Shown here: piece by piece, positions 48,081 to 60,050 of the stretch
Layout: each line of letters starts with the position of its first letter
Position numbering within the stretch: the first letter of the stretch is position 1
NCBI RefSeq assembly: GCF_009834535.1
Contig: NC_045697.1
Span: 5,520,001-5,584,000, forward strand
Direction of reading: 5' to 3'
DNA length: 64,000 nt
Origin: Camelus ferus
Lineage: Eukaryota
Program-made: the position numbers and the translations under genes
Notes under the pieces: generated by a model
Told to the model about the DNA's origin: nothing
The model's database searches: none
Seen by the model: the letters and a program-made list of their open reading frames with translations, nothing else

Positions 48081-48284
48081 ATAGACACTCAAAAGGAGGG
48101 GTGGGGGCGGGGGAGGAGGGCTTGCTTGGTCAGGACGCGGGCTTCGGTGGGCATTTGTGCATAATCTTTCCTGGGAGCCTTTGCAAAGGTCCCTTGTGTT
48201 ATAATGACCACCACCGTGAGGGCTTCTCCTGCCAGCTGCTGTTTTAAGTGATGTATATGCGTTAACAAATTCCTCAAATTACAT

Positions 48285-48742
48285 GTCCTCCTAAAGGATG
48301 TGAATAGTGTCCCCTCAAAATTTATGCCCCTCCAGAAGCCTCCAAATGTGACCTTAGTTGGAAATAGGGTCTTGGTAGATGTCAGCAGAGTAATATGAGG
48401 CTGTACCAGATAAGGGTGGGCCCCCAATCCAATGACTGGGGTCTTATCAGAGAGAAAAAGAGGAAGATTTGGACCCAGGCACACAGAGGCCAGAAGGCCC
48501 TTTAATGACGGAGGCAGAAGCTGGAGAGACACAGCTACGGCCTAGGAAAGCCAAGGACTGCCTCTGGTCACCGGGAGTTGAAGAAGGCGGGCGAGGAGAC
48601 TTCTCTGGAGTTTACCGAGGGAGCACGGCCCTGCTGACACCTTGATTTGGACTTCTGGTCCTTAGAATCAGGACCGAAGAAATTTCTGCTATTTTAAGCC
48701 ACCCAGTTTGTGGTCATTTGTCACAGCAGCCCCGGGAAACTA
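48285..48742 (+). mobile_element. MaLR solo LTR (MLT1C-like)
   Basis: gaatagtgtcccctcaaaatttatg...aatgtgaccttagttggaaatagggtctt...gcacggccctgctgacaccttgatttggacttctgg. Confidence 0.9.
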
Positions 48743-49255
48743 AAGGAAAGCAAGGCCAGGTAATTTACCTGGTTACTCAGCGAGGAGGCGGAGCTGAGAC
48801 TGAAACACAGGCAGTGGGCGCCAGGGTCCAGAGGCGTCCCCCACTCCCCACCTGCTCATCAGCAGGCGTCACAGAGCCAAACCCTCTGAGCCTGCTCAGC
48901 TGTGAACAACATGCCTGCAGGTGACGCCACCTCTCAGTCCTTCTCCAAGTTCCCACAGTGACAAACGGGAGGAGCCAGCACCTCCAAAATCTTGTTTTCA
49001 TGTTAGGATTTTAATTCATAATTCAGGGCTCTGCCTAATCACCTAAAACTACCTCTCCTTCATTCATTTTACATTGTGGTGAGATCTGATTAGGACAACA
49101 ACATAGATCCTCACACACATTCAACATCTAGGAAAATAAAATCACAGGGAAAAGCAATTTAATAGTGTCTGGGTCAGGGTGGGAAATCCACCCGCATCCT
49201 CCGCCAGGTGAGCCTCTGTCCTTCCGAGCACTCTGGAACCTAAATGCCCACAGCA

Positions 49256-49317
49256 GGGGCGTGTGGAGGGGAGGGGCTGTGGAGGGGAGGGGCGTGCCGA
49301 GGGGAGGGGTGGTCGGG
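49256..49317 (+). repeat. G-rich tandem array, three GGGGAGGGG units; G-quadruplex motif
   Basis: Seven G4 runs plus one G3 run in 62 bp. Confidence 0.8.
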
Positions 49318-49644
49318 CAACAAGGCAGCCCTTTAAAGCGTCCATATCCGCCCACAATTATAGGTGTGGAAAAGTGTGCACAGTGTGTTAGGAAGTGAAA
49401 AAGCACCTTACAAAATGGTATGGGTCTTTCTTATAAAATGTAAATACAAACATAAACCAAAAAAAGGTGTGTTTGTGTATCTGTCGATCAACACAAAATG
49501 AAGAATTGGCTCAATGTTAGTAACGGTTCAGGATAAAGATGTTCAGGGTCTTTTTTGCCATGTTGTACTTTTGCTTACTGGTTGAATTGTTTTCTTCCTT
49601 TTTAAAGAGAAATCATTTTATTGCCTTCTTCCTTCAAATGCCTT

Positions 49645-49781
49645 CTTTTAAAAAAAAATTGGGGGGGAGGTAATTAGGTTTATTTATTTATTTATTCATT
49701 TATTAACAGAGGTGCTGGGGCTTGAACCCAGGACCTCGTGCGTGCTAAGCACACACTCCACCACTGAGCTGTACCCTCCCC
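49645..49781 (-). mobile_element. Vic-1-like tRNA-derived SINE
   Basis: gaggtaattaggtttatttatt...gggcttgaacccaggacctcgtgcgtgctaagc...ccactgagctgtaccctcccc. Confidence 0.9.
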
Positions 49782-50319
49782 CCCCAATTGTTGGCAATGA
49801 ATATGCGTTTATTTTACAATTAGAAACCAATAACTAAACTCTTTACAGTGTAGTGGGGCAGGGGGGCAGGAAGCCTGCAAACTCTAGTGCTTTGTGTGTG
49901 ACCTCTCTTCTGTAGGACACCCACCAGAAACCCATCGCTTGCCCCACCCCGCCCCAGGTCTACAGGGCCTCACCCAGCAGCGCCCCGGTGGAAGAAAGGC
50001 TTCTCTTGAGACTCAAGGGCCCAGAGGATCTGATTTCAGCTCCCTTCTTGGCCTTTCCTGCAGCCAGTCCCTGTCAGCAGGCCTTTCCTCTCTAAAATGC
50101 AAATGATTCCTCCAAGTTAATCTGAACCTTCTGTCCCGTTAGCAACAGGGAAATGAAAAATAAGAGGGCCCGCCAAAGCCCAACGGGTCCTGAGCATTTA
50201 CAGCTAAGGGGACAGGCCCACGAGAGGGGCTTCTTGCCAAACTGCAGAAAGAGAAGCAGTGCCAGGCAACCGCCCTTGAGAGGCAGAAAGGCCCAGTGGG
50301 TGCTTACTCAAGACGGAGA

Positions 50320-50742
50320 CTGCGGTAGCTTCTGGTGGCTGTCATCACAGATGACCACAAACCAAGTGGATGAAAACAACAGACGTTCACTCTCCTCACA
50401 GATCTGAAGGCCAGAAATACAAAATCAAGGTGTCTCAGAGCCATGCTCCCTCCAAAGGCCGTAGGGGAGAGCCCTTCTCTGCCTCTTCTGGCCACCGTGG
50501 CTCCTGGTTCTTTGGCTTGTAGCCACATCCCTTCAGCCTCTGTCTCGGAATCATGTGGCCCTTTCTGTCTGCGTACCTTCGTGTCCTCTTCTGGTAAGGA
50601 CTGTTGTTGGGTTTAGGCCCACTCTATCCCAGTATGACCTTATCTTACTTACCTCTGCCAAGATCCTATTTCCAAATAAGGCCACATCCTTAGGTCCTGG
50701 AAGGACATGAATTTTTAGGGTACACTATTCAAATCAGTACAG
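50320..50742 (-). mobile_element. MaLR solo LTR (MLT1C-like)
   Basis: aaaacaacagacgttcactctcctcacag...aaatcaaggtgtc...cctatttccaaataaggccacat...cactattcaaatcagtaca. Confidence 0.85.
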
Positions 50743-50949
50743 AGATGTACCAGTTCCTGGGACCAGGGCTACTCCAGGCCTATCCTGATTTAGTCTGTCC
50801 CCAAACCCACATCCTAACCTATCTGGTGACTGCCACAACTGCCTCTTTGAGCAACTGATCATCCATCCAACAGTCTCCAACTATTTACTGAGCAATCAAA
50901 GAAGGACCCAGACATATTAGGGTTAGACATCTGTGCGCACATTTGCTCA

Positions 50950-51368
50950 CTGCAGTGATTGATTGTCAGTTTGACTGGGCCACAGGGTGCCCAGAAAGCT
51001 GGTTAAACATAATTCCTGGATGTGTCTGGGTGGGCGTTTCTGGATGAGAGTCAACTCAAACATAGACTGAGTAAAGCCTGAATGTGGGTGGGCCTCAGTC
51101 CAGTCAGTTGAAGGCCTGTCTAGACTAAAAGGCCGAGTGTTTCTCTCTGCCTGTGTTCAGGCTGGGACATCAGTCTTCTCCTGTCTTCGGACTTGAACTT
51201 GGACTGGAACTGTTGGCTCTCCTGAGTCTCAGACCATTAGACTTGGATCAGAACTACACCATTGGCTCTTTGGGGGCTGGGCTTAGCTTCCATAATCACA
51301 TGAGCCAGTCCCTTCCAATGGATCGATCATATTGGCTCTATTTCTCTGGAGAATCCTGACGAATATAC
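50950..51368 (+). mobile_element. ERVL solo LTR (MLT2B-like)
   Basis: gtcagtttgactgggccacagggtgcccaga...ctgggacatcagtcttctcctg...cttccataatcacatgagcca...ctctggagaatcctgac. Confidence 0.85.
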
Positions 51369-52289
51369 TCTGACATGAGGCAGACAGCCAGAGAGCATCG
51401 TCCAGAAACAACAGTGAAAAGATGATTTAAAAGAGAGAGAAGAGAAGGGGGAGAGAACCTATAGAAAAGGGAGTCTTATTTACACACTTTCAGCATAAAC
51501 TGATCAGCTGGCTTCTAACCAAGAAGTCTGTCCCAGCAATCTGGGCCTAAGCAGACAGACTGGGGGCACACAGAAAAGCTGTTTTTTGGACTCTCCAGAA
51601 AACCTTGGCAGTCAGGCTGTGAAGCACTGGGAACAGGCCACCCTGAGTGAGGCCTCCTGCTCCTTCCTTCCACCTTCCATGGCCTGAGTGAGCCGTGTTC
51701 CTTGTACGCAGCTGTCCAGCCTCTACTCGGTGACAGGCCAGGAGCGCAGGTGCCCGGGCAAACCGCACAGTACAGCCCCGACCTCGGGACATTACCTTCT
51801 TGTGTCTTGGTGGCTCTCACCTTTACCACCTAAAGAATCAAGTCCTGCCCCAAGGTAGACAGCGTGAGGCGGCAAAGGCGACTCAGCCGCCATCCCTGAT
51901 GCTCTCTTCCTGCTCCTCCTTTGATGAGAAGCCGCCTGGCCTCTGGCACCAGCCTGAGCCGGCTTTGAGCCGCAGTCTTAGGCGGCTTCCCTAGAAGCAG
52001 CTTCAGGTGGGGTCTAGTACGCAAAGGTGACTGGCTAGACATCCCCGGTTTCAGCGCCGAATCTCCTGTGTCCCCAGGAAAGCTGTCAGTCAGGCCGTGC
52101 AGGACGCTTATTACGGAGGGAGGGGATGGACTCGGGACAGATGTGTGAGGGTTCCACAGGCTGCCCTGGGGAGGGCTGTCACCATATGCGAAGTGGTCCC
52201 CTTCTGTGGAGGGGTGGACAGCGTCCTGACTGCAGTGGGGCAACAGGCCTCTGCTGAGGCGGGGGAGGGCCTGGATGGCGCATCAGTGT

Positions 52290-52710
52290 CCATCCTGCTT
52301 TACGAGCTGGGGATCTTGGGCAGGTTAACCCACCTCTCTGAGCCCAGTTTCCTCAAATGAGCAGCATTCTTCCTACTTCAAAGGGATAGGAGAAATCTAA
52401 AAAACATAAGGAAAGTAACTGGAGCATAACAGGACCTGGCCAGTGGGGTCATTTCCCTCCCCTCTGCCTGGCTTTAGGACCTAAAATGACGGTGGTGATG
52501 AGCATGGTTGTACTAGTTTATCATAACAATGATAAAAACAGCAATAGCTAATTTTTATGGGGCCCCAACACTACTTGCGTGGTATTGTTCTAAGCACTTT
52601 ACATATATTAGCTCATTTCATCTTCGAAATGACCCTGGGGGGCAGGTACTATTATTATTCCCACTTCACAGAGGGGGAGACTGAAGCACAGAAGCACTCA
52701 GTAATTTGTT
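52290..52710. mobile_element. Two MIRs (plus at 52290-52440, minus at 52520-52710)
   Basis: cttgggcaggttaacccacctctctgagcccagtttcctca; gttctaagcactttacatatattagctcattt...ggtactattattattcccacttcacagag. Confidence 0.8.
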
Positions 52711-52821
52711 GACATTTGTGAGAGGAAGAGGGAATGAGATGGTATTTACCTTGAGGATTCCCTTTTCTTCTCAGTGACAGGACCTTTGACTTAGAAGAAT
52801 AAATTTAGGCAGCATCCAGGA

Positions 52822-53714
52822 CAGATAAAAAATTCTTACAGCTCAGTAACAAAAACACAAACAACCTGACTTAAAAATGGGCAAATGACTTGAGTAGATA
52901 TTCCTCTAGAGAAGATAGAGAAATGACCAAGAAGCATGTAAAAATATGCTGTCAAGGAGTACAAATCAAAACCACAGAGAGCTACCGCATCACGCCCACT
53001 AGGATGGCTTTCATTTTTTACAAATGCGAAACAGCAAGTGTTGGCCAGGATGTGGAGAAACTGGAACCCTCACACATTGCTGATAAGAATGCAAGATGGT
53101 GCAGCTCCTGTGGAGAACAGCTTGGCTGTTCCTCAAAAGTTCAACATTGGATTACTATATGACTCAGCAAGTCCTCCTCTAGGTATATACCCAAAAGAAC
53201 TAAAGCCAGGTGTTCAAACAAAAACTTGTCTGTGTATGTTTAGAGCAGCACTATTCACAATAACCAAAAGGTGAAAATAATCCAGGTGCTACCAACAGAT
53301 GAATGGATAAACAAAGTGTGCTCTGTCTGTACACTGGAATATTATTCAGCCACAAAAAGGAACGAAGTACTTATATGTGCTACAACATGGGTGAATCTGG
53401 AACACTTTATGTTAAGTAAAAGAAGCCAGATGCAAAAGGTCACACAATGTATGATTCTATTTATGTGAAATGTCCAGGAGAGGCAAATTCATAGAGACAG
53501 TAAACAGATTAGTGGTTTCCAGGCACTGGAGGATGGCGGGTAGGGTTACTGCCTAATGGGTACAGGGTTTCCTTTAAGGGTGATGAAATGTGTTGGAACT
53601 AGACAGAGGTGGTGGTTGCCCAACACTGTCAATGTCCTGAATGCCGCTGAACTACAGGCTTTAAAATAGTTAACTTTATGTGAAGTGAATTTTACCTTAA
53701 TTTGAAAAATAAAA
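52822..53714 (+). mobile_element. L1MB-like 3' portion (ORF2 end plus 3'UTR)
   Basis: aaaatgggcaaatgacttgagtagata...caaatcaaaaccac...gtgttggccaggatgtggagaaactggaaccctc...acagatgaatggataaac...ggaactagacagaggtggtggttg. Confidence 0.92.
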
Positions 53715-54391
53715 GTCAGGCGATCAGGTGGCAGATACAGCCCCAGTTCTGATTCCTGGTGCCCAAGGGGTAAGAAACAAATTAGAATGGGGTTAGGTGC
53801 CTTGCATAGGGGAGCCAGGAGTTAAGCTACGAGGAGAAAAACATGTATCTTAACCAAAGACTCTTAGCCAGGGTGCAGGCCCGGTGGTCCAGGCTGGGCA
53901 CTGCACAACAGAGACCACTCAGGAGACTGAGATCTAATACGCACTCCCCCCTCAAGCCACATGCCCTGGATTGACTGCATTGGTCCAGAGGAATCTCCCC
54001 TTCCTAATTCTCAGAGACGTACCCTACAACTTAAGCAGCCTGTTTTGTAGCCAGCCAACCTTCCCCAGCCCCACTCCACTAGCAGCCCATCGGAAAGAGG
54101 CCAGGCGCAACCTCCAGCAGCAAGGCCTCTTCCGTCTCCCACTCTCCATTTCTCCATCTATCTGTTCCTTGCCTCTGCTCTCAGCCTGGCTTCCTGCTGG
54201 CTCTTTGGATCTGACAAACGGCCTGGCTAATCTCAGCATGGCCCTCAGTGTACCTCCATACTCACCATCTGCACCTGCCCATTCGCCTCCACCAGCCCCC
54301 TGCCACTCGAGAGAGACATGGTGTCCTGACCCCACCCAGCTTTCTGGCCACGTCTCGCTGCAGCACAGGCAGAAAGCCCACTGCTGCCTAA

Positions 54392-54590
54392 ATGTAACTC
54401 TGAGTTACAAATTCATATGTTGAAACCCTAACTCCCAATGTGATTGTATTTGGAGGTGGGGCCTGTGGGAAGTAATTAGGCTTAGATGAAGACATGAGGA
54501 TGGGATCCCATGATGGGATTAGTCCCCTTACAAGAAGAGGAAAAGAGACCATTGCTCTCACTCTCTGCCGTGTGAGGACACAGTGAGGAG
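54392..54590 (+). mobile_element. MaLR LTR 5' half (MLT1A-like)
   Basis: aaattcatatgttgaaaccctaactcccaatgtgattgtatttggaggtggggcc...gtgaggacacagtgag. Confidence 0.85.
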
Positions 54591-55135
54591 GCTTATCTAT
54601 TTTGTATATAGTAATTTGTAACTGTTAATCCCAAACTCCTAATTTATCCTCTCACCCACCCTTTCCCCTTTGGCAACCCTAAGTTTGTTTTCTATGCCTG
54701 TAAGTCTGTTTCTGTTTTCTAAATTAGTTCATTTTTGCCATTTTTTTGTGATTCCACATATGTGATCTCATATGATATTTGTCTTTCTCTGACTTACTTC
54801 ACTTAGTATGATAATCTCTAGGTCCATCCATGTTGCTGCAAATGGCATTATTTCATTCTTTTTTATGGCCGAGCAATATTCCATTGTGTATATATACCAC
54901 ATCTTCCTTAGGCAGCCATCTGTTGATGGACATTTAGATTGCTTCCATGTCTTGGCTATTGTAAATAGTGCTGCTATGAACATTGGGGTACACTGTATTT
55001 TTTGGAATTAGAGTTTTTCTCAGGTTATATGCCCAAGAGTGAGATTGCTGGATCATATGGTAAGTCTATTTTTAGTTTTTTAAGGAATTTCCATACTGTT
55101 TTCCATAGTGGCTGCACCAAATTATATTCCCACAT
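54591..55135 (-). mobile_element. Cetartiodactyl/camelid L1 fragment (ORF2 end plus 3'UTR)
   Basis: ORF 54768-54983 [22 protein letters not shown]...[20 protein letters not shown]. Confidence 0.93.
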
Positions 55136-56199
55136 GACACTACATCTCGAGCTGATTTGTTACCCAGCAATAGATAACTCATACAGCTCTGTTGGTTCAG
55201 ACCTTGAGTTATTCCCCTTGAGTTTTTCTTTTGTCTGCAGCCACATATTAAGAAAGCATCTCAACTGTGTCAATTGTGCTTTAGGAAAACCAAGGGGGAA
55301 GGGATTTGTTCACGCTTAGGTCAGAGATTTGCAGAAAAGCAGGCCCTTCCTGCCGTGCCCCAGAGGAGAAGGGTAGCAAAAATTCCAAAGAAAAGAAAAC
55401 TCAGACAGGGACTAGATGGCCAGTCGCCCCTTTGCAGCACAAAATTCTCCTCCTGAGGGAAACTCTGGGTTTTAATTTTCTTAAGGGAGGTAGCATTGCC
55501 CTCTTGGTATCTCTAGGCTTAAATTAACTATTGAAGCCATGGGACTGGATGCACTAACTCTGGGAAGAGGGTGTTTCCAGTGAGGCAGGGAGCTGAGCCC
55601 TGGGGAATAGCAGCAGTCAAGGAATTATCTTTGGAAAAGGAACCAGGGAAGGGAATAGAAGACAATGAGGCAGGATCAGAGCCAGGGCTCAAGAGGGTCT
55701 TGAAAGCAAAGGAAAAAGACCTTTTAAAAGGAATACTTTGTAACAAACAAACAGACAAACGAGAGGAATGGAACTTATTTGCTTAAAAAAGAAAAGAAGT
55801 CTTGGAGCCAATGACAGCTCTGCAGGAGTCCGGAAGGAAGGGTAGATTCTTCAGCATCCAATAAATGTGATCCCAGCCAGTCATTCTTCTCAGAGCTCCT
55901 CCTCTGCACCCAAACTACCGGAACAGTCAGCACCACCCATCATCACCCAGCATCTCCTTTACAAGAAGTCGAAGTCAGTCCCTCATGTCTCTTTCTTGTT
56001 TTCAGATGAAACACATCTCTAGAAATTGCTGAATGCATGGTTTTAGCAGAAAGATGGGCTCTGTCTTCAGCCCCCAGTTTCCCAGTTGCTGTTTCCTTTT
56101 GTTTCCAAGCACTTGGTCTCTGTGTGAACACTGAGATCTCATTGAGCATCCCCAAAAGAGGGACTGCACGGCGACTCGACTCAGCGTGCTGAACCGTCC

Positions 56200-56540
56200 C
56201 GGAGGAAATGCACAATCATCTTCAGTGAGCGGAGGACAATGAGGAGGTGTCCTGTTACATAATTGAGGAGACAATGTCTTTTAGACTCAGTCTGGTTCAC
56301 TTTTCACACTAAATTAATCTTAATAAGCATCTGCTTTGAGTAAAGGAAGTTTTGTGATAATTCAACCGTGACCTCTGTAAAAGTCCAAATGATTTCACTT
56401 TGGTCCCTCGGCCCCGAGTATCCTATTGAAATGGTCGTCTTTATTTCATGATCATCAGCATGTTAACATGAGCTGATTAATCCCATCAACCTAACTACAC
56501 AGATCGGACGCAGCCCAGGGCTATGACATCATTAGCTTTG
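56200..56540. promoter_or_regulatory. Candidate conserved non-coding element
   Basis: Repeat-free. ACAATG twice, TAATTG, ATTAAT, TGATAA, TGATTAAT (56474-56481), TGACATCA. Confidence 0.45.
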
Positions 56541-57064
56541 GGACGCGAACACAGAGGATGGCAGAGGATAGCAGACGGGGCCAGTCAGCTGGTCCCACAG
56601 GTCATTTGATCCAGGCTCCTTGTTTCTGAGAATTAAAAGCAGATTCTCTCTCAGGCTCATTCTCTGGCTCCAAGATCCAGGTAAAATTGTCCCAGCACGG
56701 GAATCACTGGGACCACATGGTTCAGGGGCCCACTGAGCCTTTGTCCCCATGGCATCGTTTGTGGCCAGACCACTGGACACTCAGCCAGGACCCAGGACCC
56801 ATCACCCCGTGGGTCTCAGTGGACAGCATCATCTCTGCTGGCCCCTCTTTAACCTCCTCCATCATTCCTGGGCACGCCTGCCTCATGACTGCATCCCACG
56901 TTCCCTCCAAAGCAGGAGCTCCTAACAACCTGGACATCTGCGTCCCTGCCACCTGGCGGCCAGCTCTCCCAGCTTCTGCATCCCAATGCTCCTTCAGGAA
57001 GTTTCTCTTCCCATCATATAGAGGCTGGGTGAGAACGTCAGGCAAGGAGTTCTGCCTGCTCTCA

Positions 57065-57200
57065 GCCCGAAGCGTGATTCTGGGACCAGCCGCATCAGTG
57101 TCACCTGGGAGTTTGTGAGAAAGGCAGATTCTCAAGGCCCTCCCCAAACCTGCTGAGCCAGAAGTCTGGGACTGGGGCCCAGCAAGCCCTCACCAGAGTT
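57065..57200. mobile_element. MER5A-like hAT MITE
   Basis: ggaccagccgcatcagtgtcacctgggagtttgtgagaaaggcagattctcaaggccc...cctgctgagccagaa. Confidence 0.8.
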
Positions 57201-57244
57201 CTTTTGTGTGCAGTTGCCAGAGGTGGGCATGTGAACCAAGTTAC

Positions 57245-57400
57245 TCAGTTGGCCACAAGTCCATAGTTTACATTAGGGTCACTCTCGGTGCTGTGCCGTC
57301 TGTGGGTTTTGACAAGTGTGTAATGACATGCGTCCCCAGTTAAAGTACCGTACAGAAGCCTTCCCTGCCCCAAACTCCCGTGTGCTCCGCCTAGTCATCC
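57245..57400 (-). mobile_element. L1MC-like 3' fragment
   Basis: aagtccatagtttacattagggtcactct...gggttttgacaagtgtgtaatgacatg. Confidence 0.75.
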
Positions 57401-57929
57401 CTCCCTTTGTGCTGTTTTAAGCCACTAGCTTCTGGGAATTTGTTACAGCAGTCACTTTCTCTCTCCCCCAGACTCCAGTCTGGGAGAGAAAGGCAGCCTG
57501 GGAGAGAGAGAGGCGGTCCCCCCAGCACTGGCCTGGCCTTGTTCTCGGTTGCCCTACACCCAGCCCCACATGCATCCTGATTCCCGTCCTTCCAGACCTG
57601 CCTCAGCCTTTCTGTGGATTCGAAGAACTTCAACGATCATCCTAGAGGTTGTTTTTTTGTCTTAAATGGGCCCAAGTTGGTGCTTGTTGCTCCTAAACAA
57701 AGCGCCTTGTCTCCAAAACACAGATTTGAAGAACCGTAGGAGTGCCCGTATGCTGAATTCAGCACTTAAAATGTTAAGAAAGAATGATTTCTGTTTCCAG
57801 GATTGAGTTTAAAACAACACTGCCACAGGGCTAGCAGCTTTCCATGGAAGGGGGCAGATCTCTCTAACTGGTGGTGAACATTACCAGGAAAGCTTCCTGA
57901 GACTTCTGGGTTGGGCTGAGGACACACCA

Positions 57930-58220
57930 ACGCCATCAGAGCCTTATTTAGTTACTCCTCACAGCAACCCTCTAGAGTGGACACTATCATGACCCGCTTT
58001 ACAGACAAAGAAACCGAGGCACAGAGAAGTTGATAGACTTGCTTACACAGCCTTCCTGACTCAAGGAGTGCAAAGACCGCCGTGCAATCTGAAGCACTGG
58101 TGTTGTTGGCCAGCTTCACCACTCACAGCTGAGTGCTTTCTGTACTGGTTTCCTCTCCTATTAAGTGGGGGTCACAATACCCACATGACAAATGGGTGTG
58201 GAGATGAAATGCTGTAATGC
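57930..58220. mobile_element. MIR fragments
   Basis: ctcacagcaaccct...tttacagacaaagaaaccgaggcacagagaagtt. Confidence 0.75.
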
Positions 58221-58355
58221 AAAGGGGCCCCCCCCTCAATAAAGGGTTATCCCTCCACATGAGCAAACCAATGCAGCCTAGAAAGGACAAGTGGCATGCC
58301 AAATGCCAGCCAGCCAGTAGGTGGAAGTTCAGAAACAGTGTTCTTGGCCCAACCT

Positions 58356-58385
58356 GGAAGGTTCTGGAAGCTTCTGGAAGCTTCT
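58356..58385. promoter_or_regulatory. Perfect six-pentamer heat shock element (HSF-type motif)
   Basis: gGAAg gTTCt gGAAg cTTCt gGAAg cTTCt: six contiguous alternating nGAAn units; motif match is exact, function untested. Confidence 0.6.
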
Positions 58386-58664
58386 TTCTCAGCAACTTTA
58401 ACCATCAGTAAGAAATCTGCTCCTTTCCCAAAAGTTGTTAGCTCTATGGCAACATTGTTTTGAACGCTATCCTGGAAACTAAAATAGTTTTTTCTCAACA
58501 TTTTAAGGAATATTTCACTTTCATTTATTATTTTAAATTATAACTTGGATATGACGACATGAGCTAATTTGGCCTTCTTTTCATTTGGGACTTGGGGCTG
58601 GAAAACTGTCATTTAGATGACACGCCCAGTCCAGTTCTTTCAAGATTTTTTCAGAGACAGACAG

Positions 58665-58713
58665 ACACACACACAAACACACACACACACACACACACAC
58701 ACGCACGCACACA
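58665..58713. repeat. Imperfect (CA)n microsatellite
   Basis: Direct reading. Confidence 0.93.
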
Positions 58714-59351
58714 TCCCAGAATCACAAAATAAAGTGTCTGAGAAGTAGGGAAACCAGGAGGCCAAGCAAATCGGCCTCCCCAGTGTGACCCGTCTCGAGG
58801 CCTCAGGCCACTACGTACTGAGCCCTCCCAGGGCTGAGGGCTGAGAGGGCCCAGTGCACACACATGGCTTAGATTTTTGTCCCTCGGCCTGGCGCAGAGA
58901 GTTAAACACAAATATCCTGTGAGAGGAAATGAGTCGGTGCTTTGCTCCCTTTTCTCTGATTTTAGCAAGGACTGCAGGAGTGGAAGAGGCCCCCTGGGAT
59001 AGGGCTCAGGGAGCAAGCACTGAGTCTGAAGGCAGGACACCTGGGTCTAGCCCATCCTCTGCTGCTAACTCACTGTGTGATTGTGGGTCAGACATCTACC
59101 CTCTCTGGGCCAGTTTTTACATTAAGGAAGGGGAAAACTGTGTATTGTACCAAGAAATCTCAGTTAGAACCCCTAGGTTCCCTTGGCTCCGTAAGACACC
59201 CGTGGGCGGCTGCTACGTGAGACACCAAAGCCATCGGCATGAGAACATGCAGCCTTGTGGTGAGAAGCTCATCCCTGGGGAGCAGGGAGGCACCAGGGGT
59301 GCCCCACCTTCAGCCACAGTTCTACCACTAGCCATAATTTGATAGCGCTGA

Positions 59352-59752
59352 TGTTACAGGCTACAGTGTGTCCTCCCCAAATTCATATATTGAAGTCCTA
59401 ACACCCAGAACCTCAGGGTGTGACTATATTGGAAAGGCAGGGTCTTTAAGGAGATAATTAAGGTTAAGTGAGGTTACGAGGGTGAGGCTCTAATCTGATA
59501 GGACTGGTGTCCTTCTAAGAAGAGGAAGAGATACCAAGGTGTTCAGTCTCTCTCCATGCTTTTAGAGGAAAGGCCACATGTGGTCACAGTGAGAAGGTGG
59601 CCGTCTGCAAGCCAGGGAGTGAGGCATCACCAGAAACTGAGCTTAAGAGCACCTTGATCTCAGATTTCTAGCCTTCAGAACTGTGAGAAAATAAATGTTT
59701 GTCCTTTAAGTCCCCAGTCCATGGTATTTTGTCATGGTAGCCTGAGCATACC
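59352..59752 (+). mobile_element. MaLR solo LTR (MLT1A0/MLT1B-like)
   Basis: tgttacaggc...ccccaaattcatatattgaagtcctaac...gggtctttaaggagataattaagg...gaactgtgagaaaataaatg. Confidence 0.9.
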
Positions 59753-59898
59753 TTCTCTTAGGCTGCCTCAGACCTCCAATCAGGTCACTGGACTTGCCTT
59801 TTTTGTCCCCAGGGACCTTTTAGGAACCTGATGAAAGCACAAATGCTGGTTAGATACCGTGTCAGGAGCCTCTCTTACCCACTAGAGAACATTCATGA

Positions 59899-60050
59899 GG
59901 GGAAGGGTGTAGCTCAGTGGTAGAGCACGTGCCTAGCATGCACAAGGTCCTGGGTTCAATCCCCAGTACCTCCATTATAAATAAATAAATAAATACCTAA
60001 TTGCCTCCTCCATCAAAAAAATTATTAAAAAAAAAAAAAAAAAAGGAAAA
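59899..60050 (+). mobile_element. Vic-1-like tRNA-derived SINE with poly(A) tail and TSD
   Basis: A and B boxes intact; TSD agaacattcatga (59886-59898) / agaacatccatga (60051-60063). Confidence 0.93.
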
